A stretch of 64,000 bases of DNA from Epiperipatus broadwayi. Its lineage: Eukaryota; Animalia; Onychophora. The DNA lies in contig JAQFVV010000006.1 of the NCBI GenBank assembly GCA_028023455.1, positions 18,414,001-18,478,000 of the forward strand, in the 5' to 3' direction. How positions within the stretch are numbered: the first letter of the stretch is position 1; every line of letters begins with the position of its first letter. Below are positions 1 through 13,807 of the stretch, in pieces. A program made the translations under genes and the position numbers. The notes under the pieces are model-generated. The model was not told where the DNA came from. It saw nothing but the letters and a program-made list of their open reading frames with translations, and made no database searches.

Positions 1-479
1 TAATTATTTGTCAGAAGAAATAACTTACAGTAAATGGATTAATACATTCTATAGATTTGATTTCTTAGTCATAAAGAGCCACTCTTTTAAAAGGAACTTA
101 ATGGAAATAAACCACTGATGGAAATATTAAATGACAATGCTTGTGGCTATATATCTCAATTTAAAACTATTCTATTGGAAAAGTAAGTTGAGCTCAACAA
201 AAAACAAAATAGGGTACTTAATAAAACTGGTGTAATAATTTTTATGAATTATAAATAAAAAGATTTTCTTTCATGCATGTTCTCTATAATATGTTGATGT
301 AAATATAAACTGTTATATTGTTTTTATTATATTTGTTAATTTAAATTATTGCTATAATAATTAATATGTTGCTTATATGTTTCTCATCTGAATTCCAAGT
401 AGACTATTTTTTTTGTCTTAAAATACTATCTTAAATGTGGAGATGATAATTATCAGGAACCATGGCATGGATTTGCATC

Positions 480-870
480 TGCTATCACTGCAGTAATATT
501 TTTTGATATCAATGTTAATCAGTCTTGAAATTATCCCTTTATGTCTTATTGATAAAATTATCACAACATATATAATAATTTTTTAAAAATATCTACAATA
601 TTTTAGTTGCTGGAAATTTAAAATTCCATGTTTAGCATGTAGATTTCTGCCATTATTCCTGTAATTTTACTTTAAAATTATTTTTTGTTTGATATCAATA
701 TTAATCAATTTTAACTTTCAGTTTTTATAGATCATGGCTAAAATTATTACATTATACATATTTAGCAGAATAAGTTGTGGTTTTTTTAAAAAAAATATTT
801 ACAACATTTATACTGTTAGAAATTTAGCGATTCCATGTTTGGCATTTAAATTTCAACCATTTTTATCATT
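480..870. repeat. Degenerate tandem duplication, unit ~190-210 bp
   Basis: tttgatatcaat(g/a)ttaatca recurs at ~503 and ~690. (t/c)tacaa..ttt..gaaattta...attccatgttt(a/g)gcat recurs at ~592 and ~800. Confidence 0.4.
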
Positions 871-3299
871 ATTTCACGTGAATTTTTGGTAGTTGTAACT
901 TACACCACATGTGGCTGCTGGGTGATGCTGCAGTACTATCAACAACCAGTAAGAAGCCTGCAAGTGATAAAATTTTTTTTAAAAAAAATGCTGAAAACAT
1001 CGAAGGAACAAAAAATAAAAATAAAAACACTGAAATCATCGATGGAACAAAAAATGACCCCCTCCCCCACCAAATAAATTCCAAAACAAAAGTAGCTAAA
1101 ATGTACAAATTATTATGAGTAAATTGCACAATTCTTTCTGAAATACAACTTAAAAAAAAAAAAGAAAAACAAGAAAAGGTTATGAAATTTGAATTACAAC
1201 AGGAACAGTAAAACTTGGGTCACTTGAACATAGCCCTTTGTCAGAATGAATTTTATACCTTTTTGACATAACTCCTTGCCCCCCAAATATATGCATGAAA
1301 TATAAGAGTAAGCCATTTATTATATATATATAAAATATGCATTATGAGGATGAAATATTTTAGATGAAGCAAATTATCACATTGTAAGAAAATTTAAAAG
1401 CTTTTATATGTTAATATCTTCATGCTTTCACTTTCAAACACTTAAGATTCGCCCATACAAAAGCGTTTGGGTTCGAAAAGATAGATGGCCATTCTATCTT
1501 TTCCAAAGACTTTATCATGTGTTTGAAGTGTTAGTATTCATTCATTTTATAGTTAAAAGTCCAAAGCGCATGTGCAACAGTTTAATGCTGTTTAAATATT
1601 ACAGTTTGTAAAAAACATTACGCTATATAAAATAATTGACTTATTTACATAAATAAAATGCTTAAAAAAATAGGATAGTCATATATATAACTGGAAAAAG
1701 TTTTTAAAAAGTCTAGAATACACTGATGCCTACATAAGACAGATTTCCAAATTTTGGCGTAATTCCATAAATTAATGGTAGAATTGGAGTTAAGCACTGA
1801 TATTGTTTCATTAATAAATAAATTATAAAATTAACCTAAAAGAATTATTATTATATTAGCATAAATATATATTTTAGTATTTTTTGCATAATGATATTTA
1901 CATTGAGGAATAAATGAATTAGATAATGTGAAAAGGATTAACATCAAGAAAAAATAACTAACAACTCCCTCTAGCATATTTTAAGTTGATCAAAAAAATA
2001 TTTGCTGAAAATCATTATGTATTTTTAAGTAATTAAAAATATATAGTATAAAAAGAATATTTTAGCTATTATATAAAAAATGTCTTGGAAATAATGATTA
2101 AAAAAAATAAAGAAATATGAATGAATGGCAATAAACAATATGGTGGCAGTAATAGTATAGAAAATGAAGTTTACAAAGATATAAATATATTAAAAAAATG
2201 GATAATTACATAAGATCTTATTGGTATTACTAAATGACATTAAAGAAATTTAAATGGTAATATCAGATAAATAATATACAGATGAAGTTGTGTAACAGTC
2301 AAACAGCCTTTTAATATGGTTTCAGAAAAATAGTGAAGAAGACTATATTCGTCAGACTAGTAAAAGTTGAGTAGTAGTTTATGTAAATATATTTGTTTAG
2401 ACAATCATAGATAGATATCCATTTACTGATCAATAAAGTAAAATTCTAAACTAAAATGTGGAACATGAAAATATTTCACATTTTGTGTTTGAATTAAAAT
2501 CGTGGACTCGCAGCAGAAGCACTCATCATTTTACATTTCATGCCTTTTCCATGATTGTTAATGTATGAAAATTGCTTTAAATCAATAAAGAATTATAACT
2601 GTATTTACATTTTAAAAATCAGTTTAGAAAATAATTCAAATTCTCCTGAAAGTTAGTTGTTACAAGGAAAAAAAAAAGTTGAAATGTCTTTTTTTTAAAT
2701 TAATATATGGCTAGTATCTGATAAATAGAAAAGGTTTTGAATGATATTTAAAAACGATTCTTGAATTTTAACAACTTCTCAACGAATATTTGTTTCTTTT
2801 TTTATTTTAAGATTTACATTTAGGAGGACAGTATCCATTGAAATCAAGTCTTAGGAAATGGTAATCAGTGATTTGCCCTTCTGCTTATCTCCTTTCTTTT
2901 TCTTTCATAAAAGAAACAAATAAATCAGTTACGCCATGTTCTGCAAGGAAATTGAAATTGCTTAAATTTTGTAAATCTAGAACTTGTATCCTGTAATCAA
3001 TAAACTCATATTTCATTTTGAATTTATTTTTTATATTACGGGGGGGGGGGGGGTGTTCTTTGTTTTATTTTTTTTTAAAAAGTCAAAACAAAACAATACT
3101 TAACAAAACTAAAAAAGAATTGATGTAATATTTATATTAGATTATATCTGTTTTTATATTAGAAGTTCAAAAATTGTAATAGATTTTTTCCTTATCATTA
3201 CTTTTTAAATTTTATTAGAGGGGACTTCTAGAACGGTTTTGTATCAGATTAAAAGGTTTTCTTTCAAATATTCAGTTAAACAGTTCATAGTCAACCCCG

Positions 3300-4560
3300 T
3301 TAATCATCTTATAACAGTCAAAACATGGGTATTTAACTTTTAGTTAGAGGATTAAAGAAGGATGAAAAACTACTCAAATCCTTAATACTCAATAATTAAT
3401 AATCCTCACGTTATCATCATCATCAATTGTGATCTGTTGTGGCCTAATTAAAAACTTTTACATTTTTTTAAGAATGTAAAAATTAAAATGCATTCTTTGA
3501 TATGTAATTAACACAAGTTTTTTATTTTCTAAATCAGAATTTCAAACTCTTAATATTATATGCCTAATATTGCACATTAATTGCTATTTTTTCTTTCTAA
3601 CTTAAGATTTCAAGTTATAGTTACTGTTGTTGTTTTTTTTACTTTCTATATTTTCATTTCATTGTTGAATTGTCAGTTGCAATTTTAAAATTTCATAGAA
3701 TTTGTGCATTTTTAACTTTTATTTCTGCTTTTATTTATTCATAGTTTAAAATGTCTATTTTTTTTTATTGTAATTTTTGTATATTCAGAACAATTACATT
3801 ATCATCATCAGTAACTATGGGTTTGTCATCTTTAAGAATATAATGCTTTTTTTATCATCTCTATTTTTATCTATTCATTGGAAGATTTTTACAGCATGTA
3901 TTCATGTTCTGTGGAAGTTTTCTCTTTTATGCAATACTAAATATTAAGGTATTTTAATTTTCTACCATTATTTATTCAACATAATAGTAATTTTCTTTAC
4001 ATTTTTCAATAAAATTTCTGAATTATTTTTTTTATATACAATTTGTCATGTAAAACTTTTTGCATACAATCAAGGTTTATTCATTTTTGTAGCATCCTTT
4101 TTCAAACCCCCATATTTTTCTCACAAAATCTTTTTTCATTATTCATATTTCAAAACCATTTAATATATTTACAAATGTATACGTGTTCAATATACCTATT
4201 TTGGTTAATACCCTAATATAATGTTTTGCTTTTTCCAATTTTTTCCATGACTTTATAGACTTTTTCTCTGTTTATTTTTCTTTTCTTTTAGTAGTCAAAG
4301 TCACAAGTGGTGTTACTTTCCAAGATATACTAAATTTTTAAGATTGTCTCATTAAGTTCCATCATTCTCTTTATTTTTTCAGTATCCTTGCATTTTAACC
4401 ACTTTTCCCAGACATTTGGGACTTTTACACTTTCAAAATAGCTTCCAGTTTCTTTATGCATTCTCATGGTTGCTTTTGAATTGCCATAATGTGATATTGT
4501 TTATATTTTTAATCCTTTCATTGTGAACTTGTTTTTCTTCTTCAATTTTGTCACGTCAAA
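3300..4560 (-). mobile_element. Decayed non-LTR retrotransposon (RTE-like) reverse transcriptase fragment
   Basis: Minus-strand translation gives broken RT-like motifs: YRGINQN...CKIY (YRGISLL..KIY), EKYGGLKR (EEQxGFR) and VTDDDNVIVL..QKLQ (FADD-VI). Many stops and frameshifts. Confidence 0.45.
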
Positions 4561-6235
4561 AAAAAAAAATATAAATTCCCCCCCCCCCTCCAAGCACATA
4601 TGACTTTTCAGGAAAATAAGCATCTGATTATGTATGTAAAAAAGAATGCAATTTTTATATACATTTATAAATATATACAATAATTTTAAAAATAATTGTT
4701 TTTTAATATATTATAAGTAATCAAAAAAAAACATTATTATAAAAATAATACTGTGATTGCAGGTTTCTCATAACGAGTAAAAAATAGTTTAAGTTAAATA
4801 TATGACAGTCTTTTAGCTTTTAATTTTTTTTATATATAATGGCATCTCTTAGTGATGCTTTCTTTGTTAATATACAAGTGTACTTTTTGAAATACTAGAG
4901 ATTCCATCTAATGGCCATAACTATAACTGAAATATATTATTTTTATACAAGGGAATTCATGAGTTACAAAAATCAAAAGCAAAGATAATCACTTCCAGGA
5001 TGCATGCAGGAAAAGCACTTATAGAGACAGCAACACCATTATGGAAATATTTGCAAATCACCTCACGATAGTTAGATTAATTATGTTATAAGCACACTGT
5101 AACCAGGAAATCAAAAGTTTTTCTCATTTTGAAATTATGGACTACTTTTTTGAAATTGGTCTACTTTTTATGACAAGAAAAACATTCAATGTCATGTGAA
5201 GGAGATGTGATTTACATGTTTCTTTTATTAATTTGATTCATGTTATTTGATTTAATAAATGAAAAAAGATTTTGGCAGGTTAGAAGGTAAATGATTATTT
5301 TCATAAATTTATTCATGATATACAATTATTCTTAGTGCTGAAGTTTGTAAAAAATCTGAGACATTTGGTATGAAAACTAGTGTTAAATAACTTTATATTT
5401 TTATTTTTTCAATTTTATTATCTTTGAAATATTATTAAAATGTTTTATGCTGAAGTATTTAATTTGAACTAAGTAAAATATGATTCTCAGAATGTCATTA
5501 AGATTTTAAATACAACTTAAAAAGACTTTTATTTAGTAATTGAAGCTTCACACTCTCGAGGATTTTTTCAGGTGATGATGGTAGAATAACTTTCACTAAT
5601 ATTTATCTTGAAGAGTTATCAGCTTGGGAATGTGGATCTGTATAAATATCTTGAACCTTTTTTAAATAGAAAGATAAATTTGTATTCAGAGGTCCAACAC
5701 CAACTCCACCACAAATTAAATGATGGTATATTTCAGCATAAGGGCAATACTTTATCTAATTAATTTTATATAGATCAATTATATCGACAAAGTTATATTA
5801 AGTGAAACATGTATTTCCTAACAATCAAATGTAAAAAAAGCAATGGAAAAAAATTATTTAAAGCTCTTTGATAACATTTTGGAAATATGATGACAAGATC
5901 ATAAAACCAGCTGCTATGCTCATTAACCTGCTAAATGTACAATAATGAATTTTAGTTTCAGGGCACATTTTATTGGATAAAGAGTAATTTATAGGAGAGA
6001 TAGATCCCATTTATGTCTTCATTACTCTTAAAAAGTATGGATTTGTTTGCTTCCATTAAAATGACATTGCCTAGGATAGAATACAATGGATGGTAATTAA
6101 TTGAAATGTTGAAAGTCTTTCAGAAAGAAAAGTTTGCTACACAAAAAAGTGAAAAGATAACATTGCAAAATATCCAATAAATTGCACGATTGAAATAAAG
6201 CTCATTTTATGATTTTGTTTTGTTCTTTTGCAAGC

Positions 6236-6304
6236 AAGTAGTTGGTTGCAGACGGTTGTGGGTTCGCGTCCCGGCCGATGTTATGACATATGAAAAAAAA
6301 AAAA
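6236..6304 (+). mobile_element. 5'-truncated tRNA-type SINE (same family as 36658-36761)
   Basis: B-box-like GGGTTCGCGTCCC, the shared tail CCGGCCGATG(T/C)TATGACA, then poly(A). Confidence 0.55.
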
Positions 6305-8298
6305 GCTAAACATTTTGCAAAAAGTATTAATAAAATGAAAATTACTGTTTAATAATGATAGAAAAAAAAAGATTTATAAAATGTTCTTCAACTGCAGAAA
6401 GTTTAATGTTTTTTTAATTGAGAATTTAAAATGGTTGCAAATTCAGATAACTGTATAGATTTCAAAGTTGATATAGACTGAAAAACATAGGCGGGGGGGG
6501 GGTATTAAAATTAAAAAAATCATCCAGGGCATGCTTAATTATATTAAAAATTTGAGCAGTCAGTTAGTTTATTAAAAAAAATACAATGTTATTATTTTTA
6601 TTTTTGAGTGAATGAATGAACACCAACTTAGTAAATATAGAGCTGTACCTTTCCCCTCAGTTTATTATAAATACCTGCGTTATTATCTTAGGATTTAAGC
6701 TTATCAATAAAATGTGAGCTATTATTTGTGATAAGTGAGAGAGCTTGAAATAGAATATAGCACTTATAACAGCTCTTCAGTATTTTTGCTTTCATTATCC
6801 ATATAAACATATATTCCATTGATTTATCATTTGTACTTTTAATTTTTTAAGAGACAAATATAATATTTCGATTTTAACCAAAGTATTTTGAAGTATTGGT
6901 TTATTACAATTTAAATGTCAAAGACATTTTTTTTAATTTTATTTGAAAACTAATTTGTGACCATTTTTGCTACCTGTATTTTTTTAATTTAACACAAATA
7001 AGGTAAAATGAAGGAAGAAGTCTTTGAATTGCATATATTTTTTACTTTACTATAGTAAAGAATTTTATTCAAAAATGTATTCTTAAAATTTTCTTCATAA
7101 TTTTAAATATTGACTTGAAAGAAATATTGTTTTTTTATGGAAATATTTAAATCTAATATGTCAATATATCAGTAAACAAACATTAAGTACTAATAAAATA
7201 AAAGAAAGTAATAAGAATATTTTATGTCTTGACTAATCAAAGTTGCTTTCAGTTTATGCTTCATTGAATTCATCTTAATGTTTTGATAAATTCCACAACC
7301 ATTTATTATTTTATAACACATGTTGGGTTTTATAAATGATTGATCATTACAATTGTGCATTTAATATCATGGATTTCCATAGCATATTTTGATAGTTCAG
7401 AATATAAGAATTGACTGAGAGTTGACTGTAATATTTTTTATATGGTGATTTATTTTAGGTTTTTTTTTCATGCACACTTATTTCCTTTATTACTGAAGAT
7501 AATATGTCATAGAGCAAAGTTGGCATCACTAAATACGAACACTTTTTGAATAGATGCCGATCAGTACTGAGCCCTCAGCTTCTGATCAGTGAATGAGCTG
7601 CTGTGTAGTTATTAATTAGCAACTAATTGAGAATCAATTTTTTAAAGATACATGTGAGAGCTTTTAGTTTTCTTTCCAATGAAAAATCTTGAATCTTTTA
7701 TGTACTTAACATTTCTTAGTATTGGAAAAATAGTATTAAAGAGTTAATAGTTATTTATTTCTACTAGGACTTAATATTCATGTATTGACTACAAATTTAC
7801 AAATTTGTATTTTTAACATAAATTTTGACAGGATTAATTCATTTTCAAGGAAATACTTTTTTGAATCCGATTTGCAAAGCATTTTTTGTTAATTTTAAAT
7901 TATTATTTTTTTTTTAAATTTATTAAAACTAAAAATATAGAATTTATTTTAAATAGATTTTATTTAATATGAGCTTATTTATTACATATATGGCATTTTA
8001 TGTATTCGTCTATCCAATTGTTTAGGACCTTGATTTTTGACATTATTAGTTTAAAATATATGTAATTATTAAAAAAGTTTTATTCTACCAAAACTGCTTT
8101 ATCTACTTGTGGACCTATTTTGAAGCCTATGAAATGGTTATTTCCATATATACTTATAGTGTCAATTTTTTTTGTTTAGTTGATATTCAAATAAGTAAAG
8201 AATTAAAATGAATACAATTTACACAAACCCATCTAGTTTATTTAATACTCTTATGTAGTAAATCTATTTCTTTTATTGCAGTTCCATCACATAGTATA

Positions 8299-8401
8299 TG
8301 CAAGCTTGAGTAATCAGTAGTTGCCAGAGCTTAGCACTTGATACTCTATAGAGATTTATTAAAAACTAGTGTCTACCACCTATTAATTATTCAAGCTTGC
8401 A
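8299..8401. repeat. Short inverted-repeat relic built from the 3' tail of hammerhead/PLE family A
   Basis: tgcaagcttgagtaatcagtag at 8299-8320 is inverted to ctattaattattcaagcttgca at 8380-8401. It resembles gcaagctagagtaatcaatggatgccag at 34310 and 34757. Confidence 0.45.
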
Positions 8402-8936
8402 CTAGATGGCAGAACTTAAAGATATATAATTAATGGTTCTTTAAAAATGGAAATTGATAAAGACCATTATGCTGTATAAATATATGTATATTAATAATAA
8501 TTATGCATAACATAAAATACCTCATTAACTTTCATTATAGTGAATTTTAAGAGAAAATATTGTGTACAAAGGACACAGTGTTCAGTTTTTTATATTATAA
8601 AATAAGTGATTATTAATAAGAAAAAAAGCAATTGAATAGTTATGCAATATTACTGAGAATAACTCAAAAGTAAAATTTTGAAATCGTTTACCCAATTAAA
8701 AATATGCTTTATTTATTTATATGGAATGGAATCTATTATTTGACTGAAGATCTAAGATGATGGTATAATAGTTGGGATAATATGTTGGACTATTTTCATT
8801 ATCTATCACTAAATGGTGAATGTATAAAAAGTTTTAAACTTTTCAAATACAAACGACTCTTTAGTAACAACACATAAATAGACATATTAGTAATTACACA
8901 ACATTTTGAATAGTATTATTTTCCACTCTTTGAGAT

Positions 8937-9173
8937 AATATTAGCATAGGAGCCAAATTTCCACCTTTAGATTTCCGAATACTGAATTTTAAGGCAACGC
9001 TCTAACCAACTGAGCTATTCACTCAAATGTAACAGATAATAGCTATTTCATATATTTATATATGAGGGTTGGTTCAAATTCTCCTGACAGACTAGGACAG
9101 TTGGTTAGAGCATTGCCTTAAAATTTGATATTCAAGAATCTAAAGATATTAGTTTGACTCCTATGCTAATATT
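8937..9173. repeat. Fold-back element with two outward-facing tRNA-like arms
   Basis: Arms 8937-9012 and 9098-9173 are inverted repeats of ~76 bp. The arm sequence has an A-box-like (AGCT)CAGTTGGTTAGAGC and a B-box-like AGTTTGACTCC. The spacer holds GGTTCAAATTC. Confidence 0.6.
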
Positions 9174-9479
9174 GTTACTGGTCAGGCCAGTGAGACCTGA
9201 AGAAGAATGAAGAATACTACTACTCAAAACTTTGTGTAGTTACTAATCTGTGGTATCTATTCATGTATTCTTACTAACAAGTTGTTTGTATTTGAAAAGT
9301 TTAAATAAAGTTTAAAATGTTCTATACGTTCAACATTTACTGATAGATGATAGAAATAGTCCAACATATTATTACATCTAATATACCATCATCACAAACT
9401 TTCAGGCAAATACTAAGGACTTGGTATGGACCCGATGCTAAGTTTAGATATTAGGAAAAATTATGTCTAAAACTGATTA

Positions 9480-10990
9480 AATTAGAAAATCATTTAACTT
9501 TCTTATGTAAATTGGAAGGTGTTGGTTTGCAATTAAAATCTATTTCTTCCAAGAAAGCTGAGAAGATTATTCATAGAGAAGATGAGGCTTTATTGAGAGA
9601 AAGAATAAATGTACAACAGGTTTTTTTTTTAAGTGTCAAAGCTTGCATTCCATTGGAAATGTAGAATGTGTTCTAAAAAATAAACTTATGGATTAAGATT
9701 TTTCAAGAGTTTGTTCAAGCAATAAAAAAATCATATTCTACATTACATGGAAGGATAAAAGAATGTCAGAAGAAAAAGCGTGTAAATGTATATGAGCCAA
9801 TTAAAACTTATACTGCAACCAGTGATCTATCAGCTTCATCAGTAAAAAATCTTAGTTTCAAACCAACACCTTACTGATATTGAATTATCTATGCTTGAAA
9901 AAGGTTTGAACTTGCCATTATACCATCTACTGTCCTATTATTGGATATAATGGCAACCACTAAAGAAGTTATTACCTCTGGAAGAAGCCTCACAATTATG
10001 CTAGAGAATTAAAAGGACACTTTACAGACATCAAAAGCATAAATGAAACATTTCAAGCAATGAAAAAAACTATTAAAAGTCTCAAACAGGATACATCTAT
10101 AATCATTGTTCTTACTGACAAAGATAATACTACAGTTGTAATGGATACAACTGATTATGGCAACAAAATAACAAGAACTTCTCACAGCAGACTAATAACA
10201 ATAAAGTAGCAAAAAAATACAATTCCATTTGCAGAGATAAAATTACAAACATTAATCCGAAAGGATTGCAGGTATTTCACCTGATTGAGAAAAAAGGAAA
10301 TTCACATTTCAGAAAAATTCCTCACTTTTATGGACTACCTAAAATTTATAAAGACAATGTTCCATTAAGTCCTATTGTCAGTTTTAAAAATTCACCTTGT
10401 CAAAATTTAAGATTTTTTCTTGAAGTTCTTTGTACATTGGCATGTAGGGACACAGTCTTTCATCAGGTATTCTGCATATTTTGTAGAATTAGTCAGGGAC
10501 TTGAAAATGTAAAGAACTGACATATGGTAAATTTTGATGTGGAAAGTTTATTTACAAATGTACTATGTGTTGAGGCATTGTCTATTTAAGTAAGGTTATA
10601 TGATGATAATAGTCTACAAACTAGAAGAACTCTGCCTATTGATAATGTAATGAAGTTATTAACATTCTGCATAACAACAATGTACTTTCATTATAACTCA
10701 GAATTCTTCCAACAAAATCCAGGGAAACCACAGAAATAAATACTACTCCATGTCTGCCTAACGTGTGGCTTCACTATGTTCATGATACATTAACCATATA
10801 GTGGGGCACAATTACAGTCATTCTGAATGCATATCAACAACATATCTCCTTTGATTAAATTTACATCAGAATGAGAATGAAATATTGCATTCTTAGATGT
10901 TCTTGTGACAAGACTACTTCAGTGCAAAGTAAAAACAACAGTGTATAGGAAACCAACACATACTGGCGAGTACTTGGCATATATTTATCC
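9480..10990 (+). mobile_element. Penelope-like element (PLE) reverse transcriptase relic, frameshifted
   Basis: Motifs appear in PLE order: VKNLS..LTDIELSMLEKGLNL; IIIVLTDKDNTTVVMDTTDY (ADKG motif); PHFYGLPKIYKDNVPLSPIVSFKNSP; VNFDVESLFTNV; VYRKPTHTGEYL. Confidence 0.85.
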
Positions 10991-11444
10991 AATTATACTA
11001 GAAGCATTGATATCCCATGATCTCTCCATTACTTCTCAAAAATTTGTGCATCTTTTCCATATTGCTTTTTATTATGTTAAAGTAGATATTTTTCATTGAA
11101 CTTTTTAACTATTAATATCCAATTAAGCATCCCTCTAATTAATCAGTATTTGTTCTATATGTTTAGCCCATGTCTATTTTATTTATTTATTTTCATATAT
11201 CATAAATCAATCTGGGGCGAATCCCTCTCCCCCACCGATATTTTTTTTTTCATTCTGTTCTATGTTGATTTTAGTGTTTGTTTCAGTTTAGAATTAAGAG
11301 TCCATGTTTATAGATGTAATTCATAACAAGCAAGGTATACTTATTAAAGGCTTTTTTTTTTTAAGTATAGAGTTATGATTTCTTTTATAGTAGAAAAGAA
11401 AGCATGCTTTTATGCTAATTAAATCTATCGGTTTCTCTGTGCAG

Positions 11445-11477
11445 GTTTATCATAGTGATAAAATGCCAGACTCCAAG
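11445..11477 (+). CDS. Candidate 33-nt phase 0-0 microexon (VYHSDKMPDSK) of the myosin XVIII gene
   Basis: Branch-like GCTAAT ~25 nt upstream, acceptor gtttctctgtgcAG, donor AAG|GTAATG. It is open and in frame with the phase-0 exon at 18930. No homology support is available. Confidence 0.35.
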
Positions 11478-12479
11478 GTAATGTTTTCTGGATCAAAGTT
11501 CAGTCTGTTATTTCTGCTGCTCAGATATTATGTTACTCTTCAAGAATCTAATCGTTTGATTATTTTAATTTTATATATTTATTTTATTTATTTGCTTTAG
11601 TTGATACCAGCAGATACAAGAAAACATTATCAGCTACCTCTTATTTTTTTTTTATTTACACAGGATTTTCAAGCAATATAAATATAATTTTAGTTTAACT
11701 AGAATTTATTTTCTAACCTCTTTTAAATGGGATAAATGTAGTTGGCAAATGTAAAATGACTTGGATAGGCAAAAGAGATTCTAACATAAATCTTTAAAAA
11801 GATTTACATTGAAAAAATACTGAGAATAATTTTGTTGCTATTAAATTACCTTAAATATACAGTTTTCTATTTTGAATATTCTAATAATCTCACACAACTT
11901 TATTGGTGAATTACCTTTTTTTTTTTTTTTGCATTATATATACATTTTTAATAATGTCAGTGTGTGTGTGTTTATCTTCTGATTTTATTACAACATTAAT
12001 CATGGTTGACATATATATCAAAAGTATACAGCTTTTAAATAGCCTACTGCAAGGTAAAAGTCTCCCCAATAGTATCTTAAAGATGAGCAGTAATTACTTG
12101 CCAAATTCATCAATTTTAGATGGTGAAATATTGAGCAGTTTTCATCTTTGCTTTTATTCTGGCAAAGAATAGATAAATACCCATTCGCCAAACAATAGTG
12201 GATGTTTAACTGGTTAGCAGAAAGAAAAAATCTAGGTTAACTTGAAAAAATGTTTATCTATTTATGATTTGAATCCAGGTAGGCTGATGCTCTACATTTA
12301 ACTATTTATCGTTTAGTTGGTTGAAATGTATTATGTAAATATTTATACTGAAACAAAAATCCATTTGTGATCTGTGAAATGAGTATGAAGCCATGGAGCT
12401 TTGAAAGCGCTAAGCTTTAAATAAATTATTAATAAATATAACTTCTTTAACAGCGCGTTAAAAGCGCATAATTATAGAT

Positions 12480-13480
12480 ATTCTTTATATATTTGAAATA
12501 TTTCATTTCTATTTATAGATGATTCATGATATTTTAAAATTCTTTCCTAAATTCTGCCTATTGTCTTGCTTTATTAACTAAATTCAGCTTTTGTTCTAAT
12601 CTCCATAAAATTGTAATAAAACATCTATAAACAATAGATAAAAATCTGATAGATCTGTAATTTTGTTTTTTAATCTTCTCTATCACATTTTAAGATTTTG
12701 ACAAAAGGAACATTGTTTTTGATAATGTTCTTACTTCTTAGATCTCTTAAATAAAGGAGATAATATCATTATCATCATCATATGGAAGCATTTCAATAAC
12801 TTTCTCTGATGACTTTTCATTTTTCAAATCTGATTCTAAAGCAAGTCTCATATTTGGAATATTATCTGCACCTATTGAACCTACCCGCTGTCTTCTAATT
12901 TACCAACAAGAAAGATGGGGAGGGGGGTGCTCCTTTATAAAATTGGGAAAGAATTATTGAACTTTTTAGTATCTTCTGTCAAAGAACAATTTTAATTTCA
13001 TTCAAATCTTTTAAGTTCAAATATATTGTGTAGTCTTTTTTTAACTCTTTCTTTTTCCACTTGTTCTTTGAACTAAATTGTAATTAATGAAAATCTTCAA
13101 CTATCATTATGGAAATTAAATCTTTTTTTAAAAAAAAACTGTTTTCAATTTTTCATCATGATTTTAGTATTATGAAATTTTTGGAACTGTATTAAAAAAA
13201 TTTCTCCAAGGAATTAAACTTGCAGATGATTTCAATCATTTAAACCAACACAATATAGCATGACTTTATTATAGGTTTACTTATATCCTTCCATAATCAG
13301 TTTTCTTCATTCTATTCCATTGATTATTCAAGCTTGTAGTAAATAGCTCCAGATATTAATCTTTCTGACCAAAGAGTCGACCATAGCAACAGTTGGGAGA
13401 ATACAGAGCTATCTGAAATATATTAAAACTGATTTAGTATTAAAGCTCTATAATTATGCAATTGTGTTATCTTGAATGCA
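12480..13480 (-). mobile_element. Decayed LINE (endonuclease-RT junction, RTE-like)
   Basis: The minus strand gives GADNIPN.. (GxDNIP of the RT N-terminus) and weak endonuclease C-terminal similarity. Heavily degraded. Confidence 0.35.
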
Positions 13481-13807
13481 AAACTTTAGGGTTTTTTTTT
13501 AATTACAGGTGTGAAATTGGTAAGTTTTAGGTGCCTAAAAGCATTACTTTTAGCTTTGGACCCTAGTTCTCAATGACACAGACAAAAATCTAGAAACTGG
13601 CCTAGGTAATTTAGATCAGAATGAAGAGATTTTTACGTTTTGGAATTTAACAAATTTTTATCAAGTACAAGTTTATTTTTAACCTCTATGAATGTTAATT
13701 CTTAGAATAGCCTTAAAAAGAAAATTTAAAATCTGTAAGAAAACATATAAGTATATATATAGTGCTCACAAAACAAACTCTTAACAAGCTTTGTAGAATA
13801 CCCCCAA

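Noticed and set aside
869-1129. Short overlapping ORFs as genes
   Set aside because: They are low-complexity, driven by a 39-bp local duplication and A/T runs, with no recognisable domain. The same applies to most 60-110 aa ORFs in the track and to antisense ORFs over the RTE copies.
5572-5645. Exon-like open frame GDDGRITFTNIYLEELSAWECGS
   Set aside because: It has an acceptor-like site but no good donor, no myosin similarity and no phase fit.
7555-7600. Hammerhead on the minus strand
   Set aside because: The core reads CUGAUCA and lacks GAAA (AGUA instead). At most it is an unverifiable relic.
8940-9020. Functional tRNA gene
   Set aside because: An A-box-like segment is present, but I could not build a cloverleaf (no acceptor stem, degraded B box).
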